15,158 nt of DNA, from the UHGV virus genome UHGV-1773351; one strand, 5' to 3'. Source of the stretch: a virus. The number at the start of each line of letters is the position of its first letter. Position 1 is the first letter of the stretch. This document shows positions 1 to 10,639 of this stretch, one piece after another. The position numbers and the translations under genes were made by a program. Under the pieces are notes generated by a model. It was not told the DNA's origin. It ran no database searches and was given only the letters and a program-made list of their open reading frames with translations.

Positions 1-95
1 AAATAAGTCCAGTCTGGTGCGGCCAGATCACCCGCCGTTAGCTCCACGAAACGGAGCACGTAAAAGGTAAGAGCATTCTCCTGTAACGGGTTCAT
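1..95 (-). CDS. hypothetical protein, N-terminal part only (gene runs off the window start)
   Basis: My own translation of the minus strand: ATG at complement of 93-95, then MNPLQENALTFYVLRFVELTAGDLAAPDWTY with no stop before the window edge. In-frame stop upstream at complement of 183-185. No strong Shine-Dalgarno. Not in the ORF track because it is truncated. Confidence 0.3.
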   Translation of the reverse strand, partial: MNPLQENALTFYVLRFVELTAGDLAAPDWTY

Positions 96-286
96 ATCCC
101 AATCTACAGGTCCACCAAGAATGCTCTTTCCGTTGCGGTGAATGCGGCTAAGCGCACGCGGGGAAATGGTTATATCTGTCCATTATTTCTCCTTGTTTCC
201 ACGTCCACGGTGGATAACCAGCCAAAGGACACCGGGAGGAACCCGGCACCGCAGCTTTTTTATTCGTTAAATAATGGAGTGAGAGG

Positions 287-523
287 ATGCAGAACAATCC
301 GAACAAATGTCGAACGCTATGGGTGCGGTTATATATTTATGCCGTCCTCTGTTTGATTGTGTCACTGGTTCTGTATGTTTGGCTTTTGCCAAATATGATC
401 TCATCTAACAGCACAATACTTGTATTGTTGGGAGTCCTTCTCGCGCTCATTTACCCGGCTTTCGCAGTAGTCTTTTTTCGTGAAAAAACCAGGAAATTAA
501 TTAATGAAAAAAACGTTGATTAG
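287..523 (+). CDS. small membrane protein (78 aa, two hydrophobic helices), probable partner of the downstream SPFH lipoprotein
   Basis: ORF with GGAG 7 nt upstream of ATG 287. Two hydrophobic stretches (YIYAVLCLIVSLVLYVWLL and ILVLLGVLLALIYPAFAVVFF). 3' end overlaps the next gene by 20 nt, suggesting coupling. Confidence 0.4.
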   Translation: MQNNPNKCRTLWVRLYIYAVLCLIVSLVLYVWLLPNMISSNSTILVLLGVLLALIYPAFAVVFFREKTRKLINEKNVD

Positions 524-1331
524 TGCAGCGATTATTTTGGGTTCTTTATGTCTGACCGGATGCGATCGGGTAGAGCCAGGTAACGTAGGGATCAAAGTAA
601 ATAAGCTGGGGGATGATAAAGGTATCGGTGAAGTAGTTGGCGTTGGTCGCTACTGGACAGGCTTGAATACTGAAGTTTATATCTTCCCGACCTTTAAGCA
701 AATGAAGACATACGATGAGCCGTTCAGCTTCCAGATGAGCGACGGAACAACCATTGGTTACCACATCGGCGTAGCCTACAAGGTTGATCCAGCAAAAGTC
801 ACAACGGTATTTCAGACCTATCGCAAAGGTGTAGATGATATTACTGATACCGATCTACGCCAGAAGGTTGCAGATGCTCTGAACCGATTAGCCAGCAAAA
901 TGACCACCGACAAATTTATCGACGGTGGCAAATCTGAATTGCTTGATGCAGCCCTTAAAGACATTCAGGAAGAAATGACGCCAATCGGCATTCAGGTGAT
1001 GAGCCTCTCTTATGTAGGTAAGCCAGAATACCCGCCAACAGTTATTGACAGTATTAACGCCAAAGTCACGGCAAACCAAAAAACCCTGCAACGCGAGCAA
1101 GAGGTCAAACAACGTGAAGCAGAGGCCAACATGCTGCGCGCGGAAGCTGCCGGACAGGCTGATGCTATTCGCACAAAAGCCCAGGCCGAAGCTGATGCCA
1201 TTCGTTTACGTGGTGAAGCTCTGCGCCAGAACCCCGGTGTTATGGACTTGGAAGCGATCAACAAATGGAACGGTACATTACCGCAGTATATGACCAGTAA
1301 TACCGCTGTTCCGTTTGTTCCGGTGAAATAA
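504..1331 (+). CDS. SPFH/band-7 (HflK/C-flotillin-like) family lipoprotein
   Basis: Signal peptide with lipobox (MKKTLISAAIILGSLCLTGC). AGGAA upstream of the ATG. Central SPFH-like region followed by an Ala/Glu/Arg-rich coiled coil (EAEANMLRAEAAGQADAIRTKAQAEADAIRLRGEA). Confidence 0.75.
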   Translation: MKKTLISAAIILGSLCLTGCDRVEPGNVGIKVNKLGDDKGIGEVVGVGRYWTGLNTEVYIFPTFKQMKTYDEPFSFQMSDGTTIGYHIGVAYKVDPAKVTTVFQTYRKGVDDITDTDLRQKVADALNRLASKMTTDKFIDGGKSELLDAALKDIQEEMTPIGIQVMSLSYVGKPEYPPTVIDSINAKVTANQKTLQREQEVKQREAEANMLRAEAAGQADAIRTKAQAEADAIRLRGEALRQNPGVMDLEAINKWNGTLPQYMTSNTAVPFVPVK

Positions 1332-1358
1332 AAGCGTAAGCAAAATTGGCAGTAATCC

Positions 1359-1434
1359 GGCCCTTTAGCTCAGTGGTTAGAGCTGGCGACTCATAATCGC
1401 ACGGTCACCGGTTCAAGTCCGGTAGGGGCCACCA
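1359..1434 (+). tRNA. tRNA with CAU anticodon; overall closest to tRNA-Ile2 (lysidine type, ileX-like), not elongator or initiator tRNA-Met
   Basis: 76-nt cloverleaf folded by hand: 7-bp acceptor stem GGCCCTT/AGGGGCC (one G-U), D arm GCTC-AGTGGTTA-GAGC, anticodon loop CTCATAA (CAT at 1392-1394), T arm ACCGG-TTCAAGT-CCGGT, encoded CCA. D-loop, C4/C5 acceptor pairs and anticodon stem GGCGA match the E. coli ileX pattern as I recall it. Confidence 0.85.
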
Positions 1435-1714
1435 TATTTGGTTGTAACACGGCGTCTGGCACATGCGTCGTTAGCGGTCTGGTGACGTTAAAGGGGTAAC
1501 CTTTCCCCTAGCTCAGGCAACAAACCAGGTAGCCGGAATGTGCAAGCCCCGTTCATAGCGTCGGACTGCGGATTCACCATCTTGGCGATTCGGTGTGACA
1601 GCCGGGAAGAGTCCGGCGAATTAATCCTGATTTTCTGGTGATGACTCATATCGTTAGGAGTGATTTGAGTATGGCGATTATATCTGACATTCAGCACGCC
1701 TGGGTGGAGTGCTA

Positions 1715-3079
1715 ATGTCTGCATCCCCTCTTGAATCCATGCCAAATTCCCTTAGTGCAGAACAAGCTGTACTTGGTGGCTTAATGCTTGATAACTGCCG
1801 CTGGGATGAAGTTGCAGATCGTATAGTTGCTGATGATTTTTATACCAGTGCTCATCGTGAAATTTTCAGTGAGATGGAGAGGTTATTAAGTCATGGCAAA
1901 CCGATTGATTTGATAACACTTGCTGAAGCACTTGAACAGAACGGTAAATTAGAACGCGCCGGTGGTTTTGCGTACCTTGCGGAGATGTCAAAGAACACGC
2001 CCAGCGCGGCAAATATTTGTGCTTATGCGGATATCGTTCGTGAACGCGCGGTTGTTCGTGAAATGATTTCCGTCGCAAATGAAATAGCCGAAGCTGGATA
2101 TGCGCAGGATGGCAGGGGCAGCAATGAATTGCTGGATATGGCCGAGCGCCGCGTTTTTGAAATAGCTGAAAAACGACAAAAGAGCGGTAGTGGTCCAAAA
2201 GATATCGCCAGCATTCTCGATGCAACGGTATCTCGCATAGAAGAGTTGTTTCAGCGACCGCATGATGGTGTAACGGGGCTTGATACCGGATTTACCGATC
2301 TCAATAAGAAGACGGCAGGACTTCAGGCGTCCGATCTCATTATTGTCGCCGCCCGCCCATCGATGGGGAAGACTACGTTTGCGATGAATCTCGTCGAAAA
2401 TGCCGCAGTCCGTAACGATAAGCCCGTATTGGTTTTTAGCCTTGAGATGCCGAGCCACCAGCTGATGATGCGCTCACTGGCTTCTCTTGCACGCGTTGAT
2501 CAGACTCGTATTCGAACAGGGCAACTTAACGACGAGGATTGGGCGCGGGTTTCTGGCGCAATGGGGATTCTGTTGGACAAGCAGAATATTTTTATTGATG
2601 ACTCAAGCGCCCTGACACCTACAGAGCTTCGTTCCCGCGCTCGTCGTGTTTATAAAGAAAATGGTGGTTTGAGCATGATTATGATCGACTACCTGCAACT
2701 TATGCGCGTCCCCGAGCTGCAAGATAACCGAACGCTGGAAATTGCCGAGATTTCTCGCTCACTGAAGGCTTTGGCGAAGGAATTACAAGTACCGGTGGTG
2801 GCATTGTCACAACTTAATCGATCGCTTGAACAGCGTGCGGACAAACGACCGGTAAATTCAGATTTACGTGAATCAGGAGCAATTGAGCAGGACGCAGACC
2901 TGATCATGTTTCTGTATCGCGACGAAGTTTATCACCCGGATAGCGAAATGAAGGGCATTGCCGAGGTGATTATCGGTAAGCAACGAAATGGCCCAATTGG
3001 CACGGTGAGATTGGCTTTTAACGGCCAATACTCACGGTTTGATAACTATGCTGGTGCTGACTGGCAAGAGGATTATTAA
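1715..3079 (+). CDS. dnaB: DnaB-family replicative DNA helicase (phage-borne paralog, P1 Ban-like)
   Basis: Near-collinear similarity to E. coli DnaB over the whole length, including the Walker A segment AARPSMGKTTFAMNLVENAA and LRESGAIEQDADLIMFLYRDEVYH. ATG 1715 has GGAG 5 nt upstream; an in-frame GTG at 1709 is the ORF-track start. Confidence 0.93.
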   Translation: MSASPLESMPNSLSAEQAVLGGLMLDNCRWDEVADRIVADDFYTSAHREIFSEMERLLSHGKPIDLITLAEALEQNGKLERAGGFAYLAEMSKNTPSAANICAYADIVRERAVVREMISVANEIAEAGYAQDGRGSNELLDMAERRVFEIAEKRQKSGSGPKDIASILDATVSRIEELFQRPHDGVTGLDTGFTDLNKKTAGLQASDLIIVAARPSMGKTTFAMNLVENAAVRNDKPVLVFSLEMPSHQLMMRSLASLARVDQTRIRTGQLNDEDWARVSGAMGILLDKQNIFIDDSSALTPTELRSRARRVYKENGGLSMIMIDYLQLMRVPELQDNRTLEIAEISRSLKALAKELQVPVVALSQLNRSLEQRADKRPVNSDLRESGAIEQDADLIMFLYRDEVYHPDSEMKGIAEVIIGKQRNGPIGTVRLAFNGQYSRFDNYAGADWQEDY

Positions 3080-4077
3080 TGCAATGGAATGAGGAAAAGC
3101 CGATGAACATCCTGATCATTGGGCGAAAATTTGAAGCTATCAGTGATGTGAAAACATATACGGAAATGTGGGCTTACAACCTGGCCTGCGCCTTTAGTGA
3201 GGCTGGGGTAACATTGCAATACCATCGTCCATATTCCCCCGGCGTCGAAAGCCCGGAGGATTATGTTGAAGCTGTGTTGACTGCTGCGACCGCATGTTCT
3301 GCGAAGGCCATTTTGGCACCAGGATTGAGGTATTTTACTACGGTGCCCAGGGAAATAGGCGTGCAACTGCGTCGTCGATTCACTGGATGGGTAGCCCAGG
3401 TATACGACGGTTCTATGCTGGATTCGGCACCAGTCGATATTACTTTTACTGTCCGCGATGATACCTGGCGGTACCTGGATAATCCAGGCAGGTTAGAGCG
3501 TCATAATCGCTTTAACAAACATGTTGGATGGGCAGCGAATCAGGATCTGTTCCATCTGGAAACCAAAACAGACGATGTTCTGCGTATTTTTGTAGACCAC
3601 GCTGCATTTGATGTTAGTGGGTTTGATCACTCCTTAAGTATCCTTATGAACCTTCAGCGTCTGACCGTTCCGTATGAGGCCAGAACGTTGACCGATGACG
3701 GATTGATTACCATTGATCCGGGGAATATATCGGTAACCCCATACAGACGGACGCCGGTACCAGCAACCGAATTTGCAGCTGAATTGCGTAAGAGTGACGT
3801 GTTTATCGTTACGCATCCCGAAAGCCTTGGATTAACTGTACTTGAGGCGGCAATGTGCGGGGCGTTGGTATTAACGCCTCCCGATTGCCTTCCGCCAGAT
3901 CGCTTGGCTTTGGTGAACCATATGGTTATCAAGTCGCGGATTGATTGGGATGAGGTTATTGCTCGCGTTGATCGCGTGAAAAATGCTGAAAAGGTCCAGT
4001 GTCACACCTGGTCGGCAATTGCGGAAAAGATGCTTGAGACGTTTATCACGCAGAAACCGTCGTGCGGTAACGGATAA
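3079..4077 (+). CDS. GT-B fold (GT4-like) glycosyltransferase-like protein, in the position of P1 dbn
   Basis: ATG 3079 overlaps the helicase stop (TAATG). Alternative ATG 3103 has an ideal GAGGA 7 nt upstream and gives an N-terminus MNILIIG typical of GT-B enzymes. C-terminal motif HPESLGLTVLEAAMCGALVLTP matches the E-x7-E motif of GT4-type transferases. Confidence 0.6.
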   Translation: MQWNEEKPMNILIIGRKFEAISDVKTYTEMWAYNLACAFSEAGVTLQYHRPYSPGVESPEDYVEAVLTAATACSAKAILAPGLRYFTTVPREIGVQLRRRFTGWVAQVYDGSMLDSAPVDITFTVRDDTWRYLDNPGRLERHNRFNKHVGWAANQDLFHLETKTDDVLRIFVDHAAFDVSGFDHSLSILMNLQRLTVPYEARTLTDDGLITIDPGNISVTPYRRTPVPATEFAAELRKSDVFIVTHPESLGLTVLEAAMCGALVLTPPDCLPPDRLALVNHMVIKSRIDWDEVIARVDRVKNAEKVQCHTWSAIAEKMLETFITQKPSCGNG

Positions 4078-4100
4078 AAAATTGAACCCGTCATAACAGA

Positions 4101-4121
4101 AAAGCCCGAACGCCGGGCTTT
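4101..4121. terminator. bidirectional rho-independent terminator between convergent genes
   Basis: 8-bp stem AAAGCCCG/CGGGCTTT with loop AACGC, T-rich on both sides (TTTCTT on plus, TTTCTGTT on minus). Lies between the plus-gene stop (4077) and the minus-gene stop (4124). Confidence 0.7.
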
Positions 4122-4123
4122 TC

Positions 4124-7234
<3,111 letters not shown>

Positions 7235-8452
7235 TTATCCTTTCCGTTTACGGGCTTCGTTAATTTGTGTCTCAAGAATGCTTCGCGCCTGCGCGGTGGC
7301 AGCGGCCTTGTCCATTCCCTGACTCATGAAAAACTTTATGAGGTTGTTCGCCTGCGTTTGCAGGGCTTTTTTGAGAGCGTCGGCTTCAGCGCGAGCTTGG
7401 GCTTCCCTCACCCGCGATGCTTTTAGTTCGGCATTCTTCCTGTTTGCCGTGGTGCGAGCTTTTTTTAACAACCGGCGAACGTTGTCCGTGGCGCTATCTT
7501 TGGCGCGTAGTTTTTTGCCTAATGCATCCTGAGATTTCAGATATAACTCATACTCACGCGCCGCTTTAGCCTGATCCGTCGTTGTTGTCCGGTTGCGCGC
7601 GAGTGATTTAGCCAGTTCGCCTTTGAAATAGGTTGTTGTCTTCCGCTTGTCATCGCCGAAGGCCACCTGTTCAGCTGCTTTTTCCAGGGCAATAATGATG
7701 GCCTTGTGCCATGTGGGAGACTGAAAACGCGTCATAGCGTGCAATACATGTTTGCAGGCTACACCAGTCAGATCAGGGTTGCGGATCTTGGGGAATGCAT
7801 ACTCTTTTGGCGGCGCGACAGCATAGTTACCAGCCGTGGCCATATAACGATACCAGTATTGATGGCGTCCACAATCACAGTCGAAAGATACCCGGCCCTT
7901 GCAGAGATCGGCAGCGATTCGGGCTTTTTTCGCACCGTCTTCAGCAATTTCCTCAACGGCTTTATCCCATTCCTCAAATCGAATTCTGACACGATGATGC
8001 TGGTGGACCGACTCATCCGAGGCATTAACAGATATCAATGCAAGGTTGTGTTTTAGCCCGAGGAATGTCGCGGCTTTGATCCCTGTGCCATCAGAAACTT
8101 TGTTGTTAGCGCGTTTTATATCAATGCTGGTGGACTGCGCCACCAGCTGAGCATAGGTAATGCCGGGTACCGTGCTCTTGAATTTGGTTTTATGAGCCTG
8201 CCTTGAGGTGTTGAAACTGCGTATATCTTCGGGCGTAAAGTAGGTGCCATCTTTCTTTTTCCCAAGGCTGAGGAATGCCTCAAGTTCGCGGTTACGCATC
8301 CCCATAATCTTTGGGGTGAGTGTACGCCGCGCGTTTCGCCGATTCTGACGCTGCTGTTTACGGATAAGATCGAAGACCTTGTTAAAGTCTTTTGCACTTA
8401 ATCCATCGGTCTGATAGCGACCAAGGTTGTCGCGAGCATATTTAGTTGGCAT
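7235..8452 (-). CDS. basic, coiled-coil-rich protein with a SWIM-like zinc-finger motif (405 aa)
   Basis: AAGGGA 5-6 nt upstream of the ATG. Lys/Arg-rich N- and C-terminal regions. Central FDCDCGRHQYWY ... VACKHVLHA gives a CxC-xn-CxH arrangement. Confidence 0.7.
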   Translation of the reverse strand: MPTKYARDNLGRYQTDGLSAKDFNKVFDLIRKQQRQNRRNARRTLTPKIMGMRNRELEAFLSLGKKKDGTYFTPEDIRSFNTSRQAHKTKFKSTVPGITYAQLVAQSTSIDIKRANNKVSDGTGIKAATFLGLKHNLALISVNASDESVHQHHRVRIRFEEWDKAVEEIAEDGAKKARIAADLCKGRVSFDCDCGRHQYWYRYMATAGNYAVAPPKEYAFPKIRNPDLTGVACKHVLHAMTRFQSPTWHKAIIIALEKAAEQVAFGDDKRKTTTYFKGELAKSLARNRTTTTDQAKAAREYELYLKSQDALGKKLRAKDSATDNVRRLLKKARTTANRKNAELKASRVREAQARAEADALKKALQTQANNLIKFFMSQGMDKAAATAQARSILETQINEARKRKG

Positions 8453-8461
8453 TCAATTCCC

Positions 8462-8839
8462 TTACGCAATGGATAATGTCCCTATTACCTGGCCGTCATA
8501 TTGGAAATGGCGAATCATTTCGCGGATCCAGGTGGCAGGTGGGAGTTTTAATTTTTTGCCAACAGTCATACCCTGAAACTCATCCTCAAGCCCGGCGGCG
8601 AGCGTCACAACCCATCGTAGCTCTGCTATGCCCCACATACGGTAAGCCAGCAAATCCGGGCGATATTGCTCATCGGGAAGAACGTAATAAATCGTCAGAT
8701 TCTTGTCGTTCGATTCACACATAAGCATCACCTCTTTGCGCAGCTCTGCCCTGAGTATTGGATCGGCTATGTTGCGGTCGTCATACCGCGACAGAGGATA
8801 TTGCCGGGTGCTTTGGGTTGTAGTGATTGATGTAGCCAT
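8462..8839 (-). CDS. hypothetical protein (125 aa), first gene of the leftward operon; possible LysM-like fold
   Basis: ORF with ATG at complement of 8837-8839. The segment YYVLPDEQYRPDLLAYRMWGIAELRWVVTLAAGLEDEFQGMTVGKKLKLP loosely resembles LysM / tail-X-type domains. Confidence 0.6.
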   Translation of the reverse strand: MATSITTTQSTRQYPLSRYDDRNIADPILRAELRKEVMLMCESNDKNLTIYYVLPDEQYRPDLLAYRMWGIAELRWVVTLAAGLEDEFQGMTVGKKLKLPPATWIREMIRHFQYDGQVIGTLSIA

Positions 8840-8912
8840 AGTCAGCCTGCCAGAAATATATGATGGTGATTCTACTGCTAGTCATTTGTTGAATATTTAA
8901 CTTAATAAAAGA

Positions 8913-8929
8913 AAATTATTAGTGCAATT
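8913..8929 (-). promoter_or_regulatory. C1-operator-like 17-mer (ATTGCACTAATAATTTT on the minus strand) in the divergent control region
   Basis: 15 of 17 matches to the recalled P1 C1 operator consensus. Lies between the divergent operons starting at 8839 (minus) and 8986 (plus). Confidence 0.4.
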
Positions 8930-8985
8930 CACATTGTGAAATGTATCATTCTGCCATTAAGTAGGTTCTTCACGAGGAAACAAAA

Positions 8986-9231
8986 TTGGCAGAACGTGTT
9001 GATGATGCAGAGCTGAGCATGAATCAGTTAGAAGCTCTCAAAGACATGGCCATCGATAACATCAGAAAGCAGGCACAGGTCGTGAGCCAGGTATTTACAG
9101 GGAAGTGTCGTTACTGCAATGAATCGATTGAATCAGGCATTTATTGTGACGCTGAATGTGCGCAATGGCACAGGGAAGAGCAGGCCGCAAAACAGCGTAA
9201 ATATGGCATGCGACCGGCAGGATTTGACTGA
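8986..9231 (+). CDS. small C4 zinc-ribbon protein (DksA/TraR-like cysteine arrangement) with an N-terminal helical segment
   Basis: TTG start with GAGGA 7 nt upstream; an internal ATG (MNQLEALK) is an alternative. Cysteine motif CRYCNESIESGIYCDAEC. Confidence 0.6.
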   Translation: MAERVDDAELSMNQLEALKDMAIDNIRKQAQVVSQVFTGKCRYCNESIESGIYCDAECAQWHREEQAAKQRKYGMRPAGFD

Positions 9232-9233
9232 TT

Positions 9234-9812
9234 ATGTTGCGCTTTACTGAGGAAGAGTTTCAGGCTTTTAGTGAGCGTCGAAATAAGGGGCGGTCCAGGC
9301 CAAAAACCAAAAAGGATCCATTCTTATCGCTTGCGCCGGTAAAAGAAGTTTCTCCACATGCGAAGGCACTTGCAGCACTGGCAAAGAACCCAGACCTGCG
9401 CGACGGAAATTGCGAGCACTTCGAGCAGGTTTTCATTTTTGATTACTTCGAACGCAAGCACCCTGACATCTATGAGCTGTTGCATGCAACGCCTAACGGA
9501 GGGAAACGTTCAAAAGCAACCGCCGGGAAAATGAAGGCTGAAGGGCAGAAAAAAGGTTATCCGGACATGAGTCTCGATAAAGCATGCGGTATTTATCACG
9601 GCATGCGAATTGAGCTTAAAGAACCAAATGGTAAAGCCCCGACGAAAGAGCAGATCGCCTGGATGCGCAGGCTTAGAGAGGAAGGTTACTACGTCGTTCT
9701 TGCGTATGGTGCAGAACAAGCGATAACCGCCATCCTGGAATACATGAGCCTTAAAAAGGGTGAGGCTATTGAGCATGTATTGAACGGTGACAAGTGTTTG
9801 TACGCTACGTGA
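9234..9812 (+). CDS. VRR-NUC domain nuclease (PD-(D/E)xK superfamily)
   Basis: C-terminal region GYPDMSLDKACGIYHGMRIELKEPNGKAPTKEQIAWMRRLREEGYYVVLAYG matches the VRR-NUC pattern (Asp, then E-x-K, then a helix and beta strand). Start lies 2 nt after the previous stop. Confidence 0.7.
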   Translation: MLRFTEEEFQAFSERRNKGRSRPKTKKDPFLSLAPVKEVSPHAKALAALAKNPDLRDGNCEHFEQVFIFDYFERKHPDIYELLHATPNGGKRSKATAGKMKAEGQKKGYPDMSLDKACGIYHGMRIELKEPNGKAPTKEQIAWMRRLREEGYYVVLAYGAEQAITAILEYMSLKKGEAIEHVLNGDKCLYAT

Positions 9813-9879
9813 AATAATAAATTAATTAGTGCATATGTGTATCTTTGATACAGCGCACATTAACATCGGGAGAATAATC

Positions 9880-10035
9880 GTGTCATCCAAGGCTAATTAT
9901 GAATCGCTGGCATCGATCATGCCGCGTAATGAACAGGAAGCAGATGCTGTAGTGGACCCGGTAATCGCTGAAATGAATGCTCGCCTGGAGGCTGAATTTG
10001 CAGCTGAGAATGAACATACCACCCAGGGCGACTAG
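9880..10035 (+). CDS. small hypothetical protein (about 51 aa from GTG 9880)
   Basis: GGGAGA 7 nt upstream of GTG 9880. The ORF-track start at 9829 is a GTG with no Shine-Dalgarno in an AT-rich spacer. Confidence 0.35.
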   Translation: MSSKANYESLASIMPRNEQEADAVVDPVIAEMNARLEAEFAAENEHTTQGD

Positions 10036-10639
10036 GACTGTTTTTTGTGTCGGTAGCGGTCCGTCACTCACTCGTGAGGACTGTGCTGCTATAGAAAAAA
10101 CTGGCTGTTCAATCATCGCGGTTAACAATTCCTGGCAGATGTTCGATGACATTTATGCCTTATACGCCGGTGATTTGTCATGGTGGAAGCAATACGGATC
10201 CACCATACCGGGAGGGAGATTCCGCAAAGTGACAGCCAACCTGGCGGCGGCGAAATCATTTTCGTTGGAGTACAGGCGATATTGTGGACCGGCTGAAGGG
10301 GTTAATAGCGGCGCGCAGGCTATCAGTCTGGCGGCTGAATCAGGGGCTGAAGTAGTTGTATTAGTCGGCTATGACTGTTCTCTGCAAAACGGCCTTCATT
10401 GGCATGGAGCACACCCTCAAGCACTACGGAATCCAACGCAGGTGTCTATTTCAAAATGGCAACAGCAGTTCCTGGATACCCGCAAAAAACACGCAGATTT
10501 ACATATTTTGAATGCAAGTAGGAGCAGTGCAATTCAATGTTTCCCAAGAATAAATTTAGAGGCAGTGATCGCGTTATTATCGTCGGCAGTGGCCCAAGCG
10601 CCGCAAACTTTGTTGCGCCGCGCGGAGTGCCGATTATAG
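10010..10639 (+). CDS. GT42/DUF115-like (Cst-II sialyltransferase / Maf / MptE-like) putative CMP-sugar transferase, paralog A
   Basis: N-terminal VFCVGSGPSL, then IIAVNNSWQMFDD and NSGAQAISLAAESGAEVVVLVGYD, collinear with Cst-II motifs as I recall them. Start chosen at ATG 10010 to give the same N-terminal length as paralog B; the ORF-track start is 9977. Confidence 0.5.
   Translation: MNIPPRATRTVFCVGSGPSLTREDCAAIEKTGCSIIAVNNSWQMFDDIYALYAGDLSWWKQYGSTIPGGRFRKVTANLAAAKSFSLEYRRYCGPAEGVNSGAQAISLAAESGAEVVVLVGYDCSLQNGLHWHGAHPQALRNPTQVSISKWQQQFLDTRKKHADLHILNASRSSAIQCFPRINLEAVIALLSSAVAQAPQTLLRRAECRL

Noticed and set aside
224-270. Hairpin CCGGG-AGGAA-CCCGG followed by a T-run, considered as a terminator
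   Set aside because: The T-run starts about 9 nt after the stem and no plus-strand gene ends upstream within the window. More likely part of the divergent promoter region.
183-286. Search for a C1-operator-like site upstream of the lipoprotein/helicase operon
   Set aside because: Best candidate matches only about 10 of 17 positions, too weak to call.
138-356. Plus-strand ORF of 72 aa overlapping the start of the 287-523 gene
   Set aside because: No ribosome-binding site, overlaps a better-supported gene, and lies in the likely promoter region of the rightward operon.
1359-1434. tRNA as a prophage integration site (attachment-site junction)
   Set aside because: No second copy of the tRNA 3' end anywhere in the window, no integrase nearby, and the genes on both sides look phage-borne. 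The tRNA is more likely phage cargo.
1488-1745. Minus-strand 85-aa ORF in the spacer between the tRNA and the helicase
   Set aside because: Antisense to the helicase start, with no ribosome-binding site; probably a chance ORF.
546-3932. Numerous ORF-track entries nested inside or antisense to the lipoprotein, helicase and glycosyltransferase-like genes
   Set aside because: All are shorter than, and wholly contained in, well-supported genes; treated as frame noise.
9829-9879. GTG start at 9829 for the small ORF
   Set aside because: No Shine-Dalgarno, and it sits inside an AT-rich spacer containing an operator-like site. GTG 9880 with GGGAGA upstream is preferred, though the gene itself is low-confidence.
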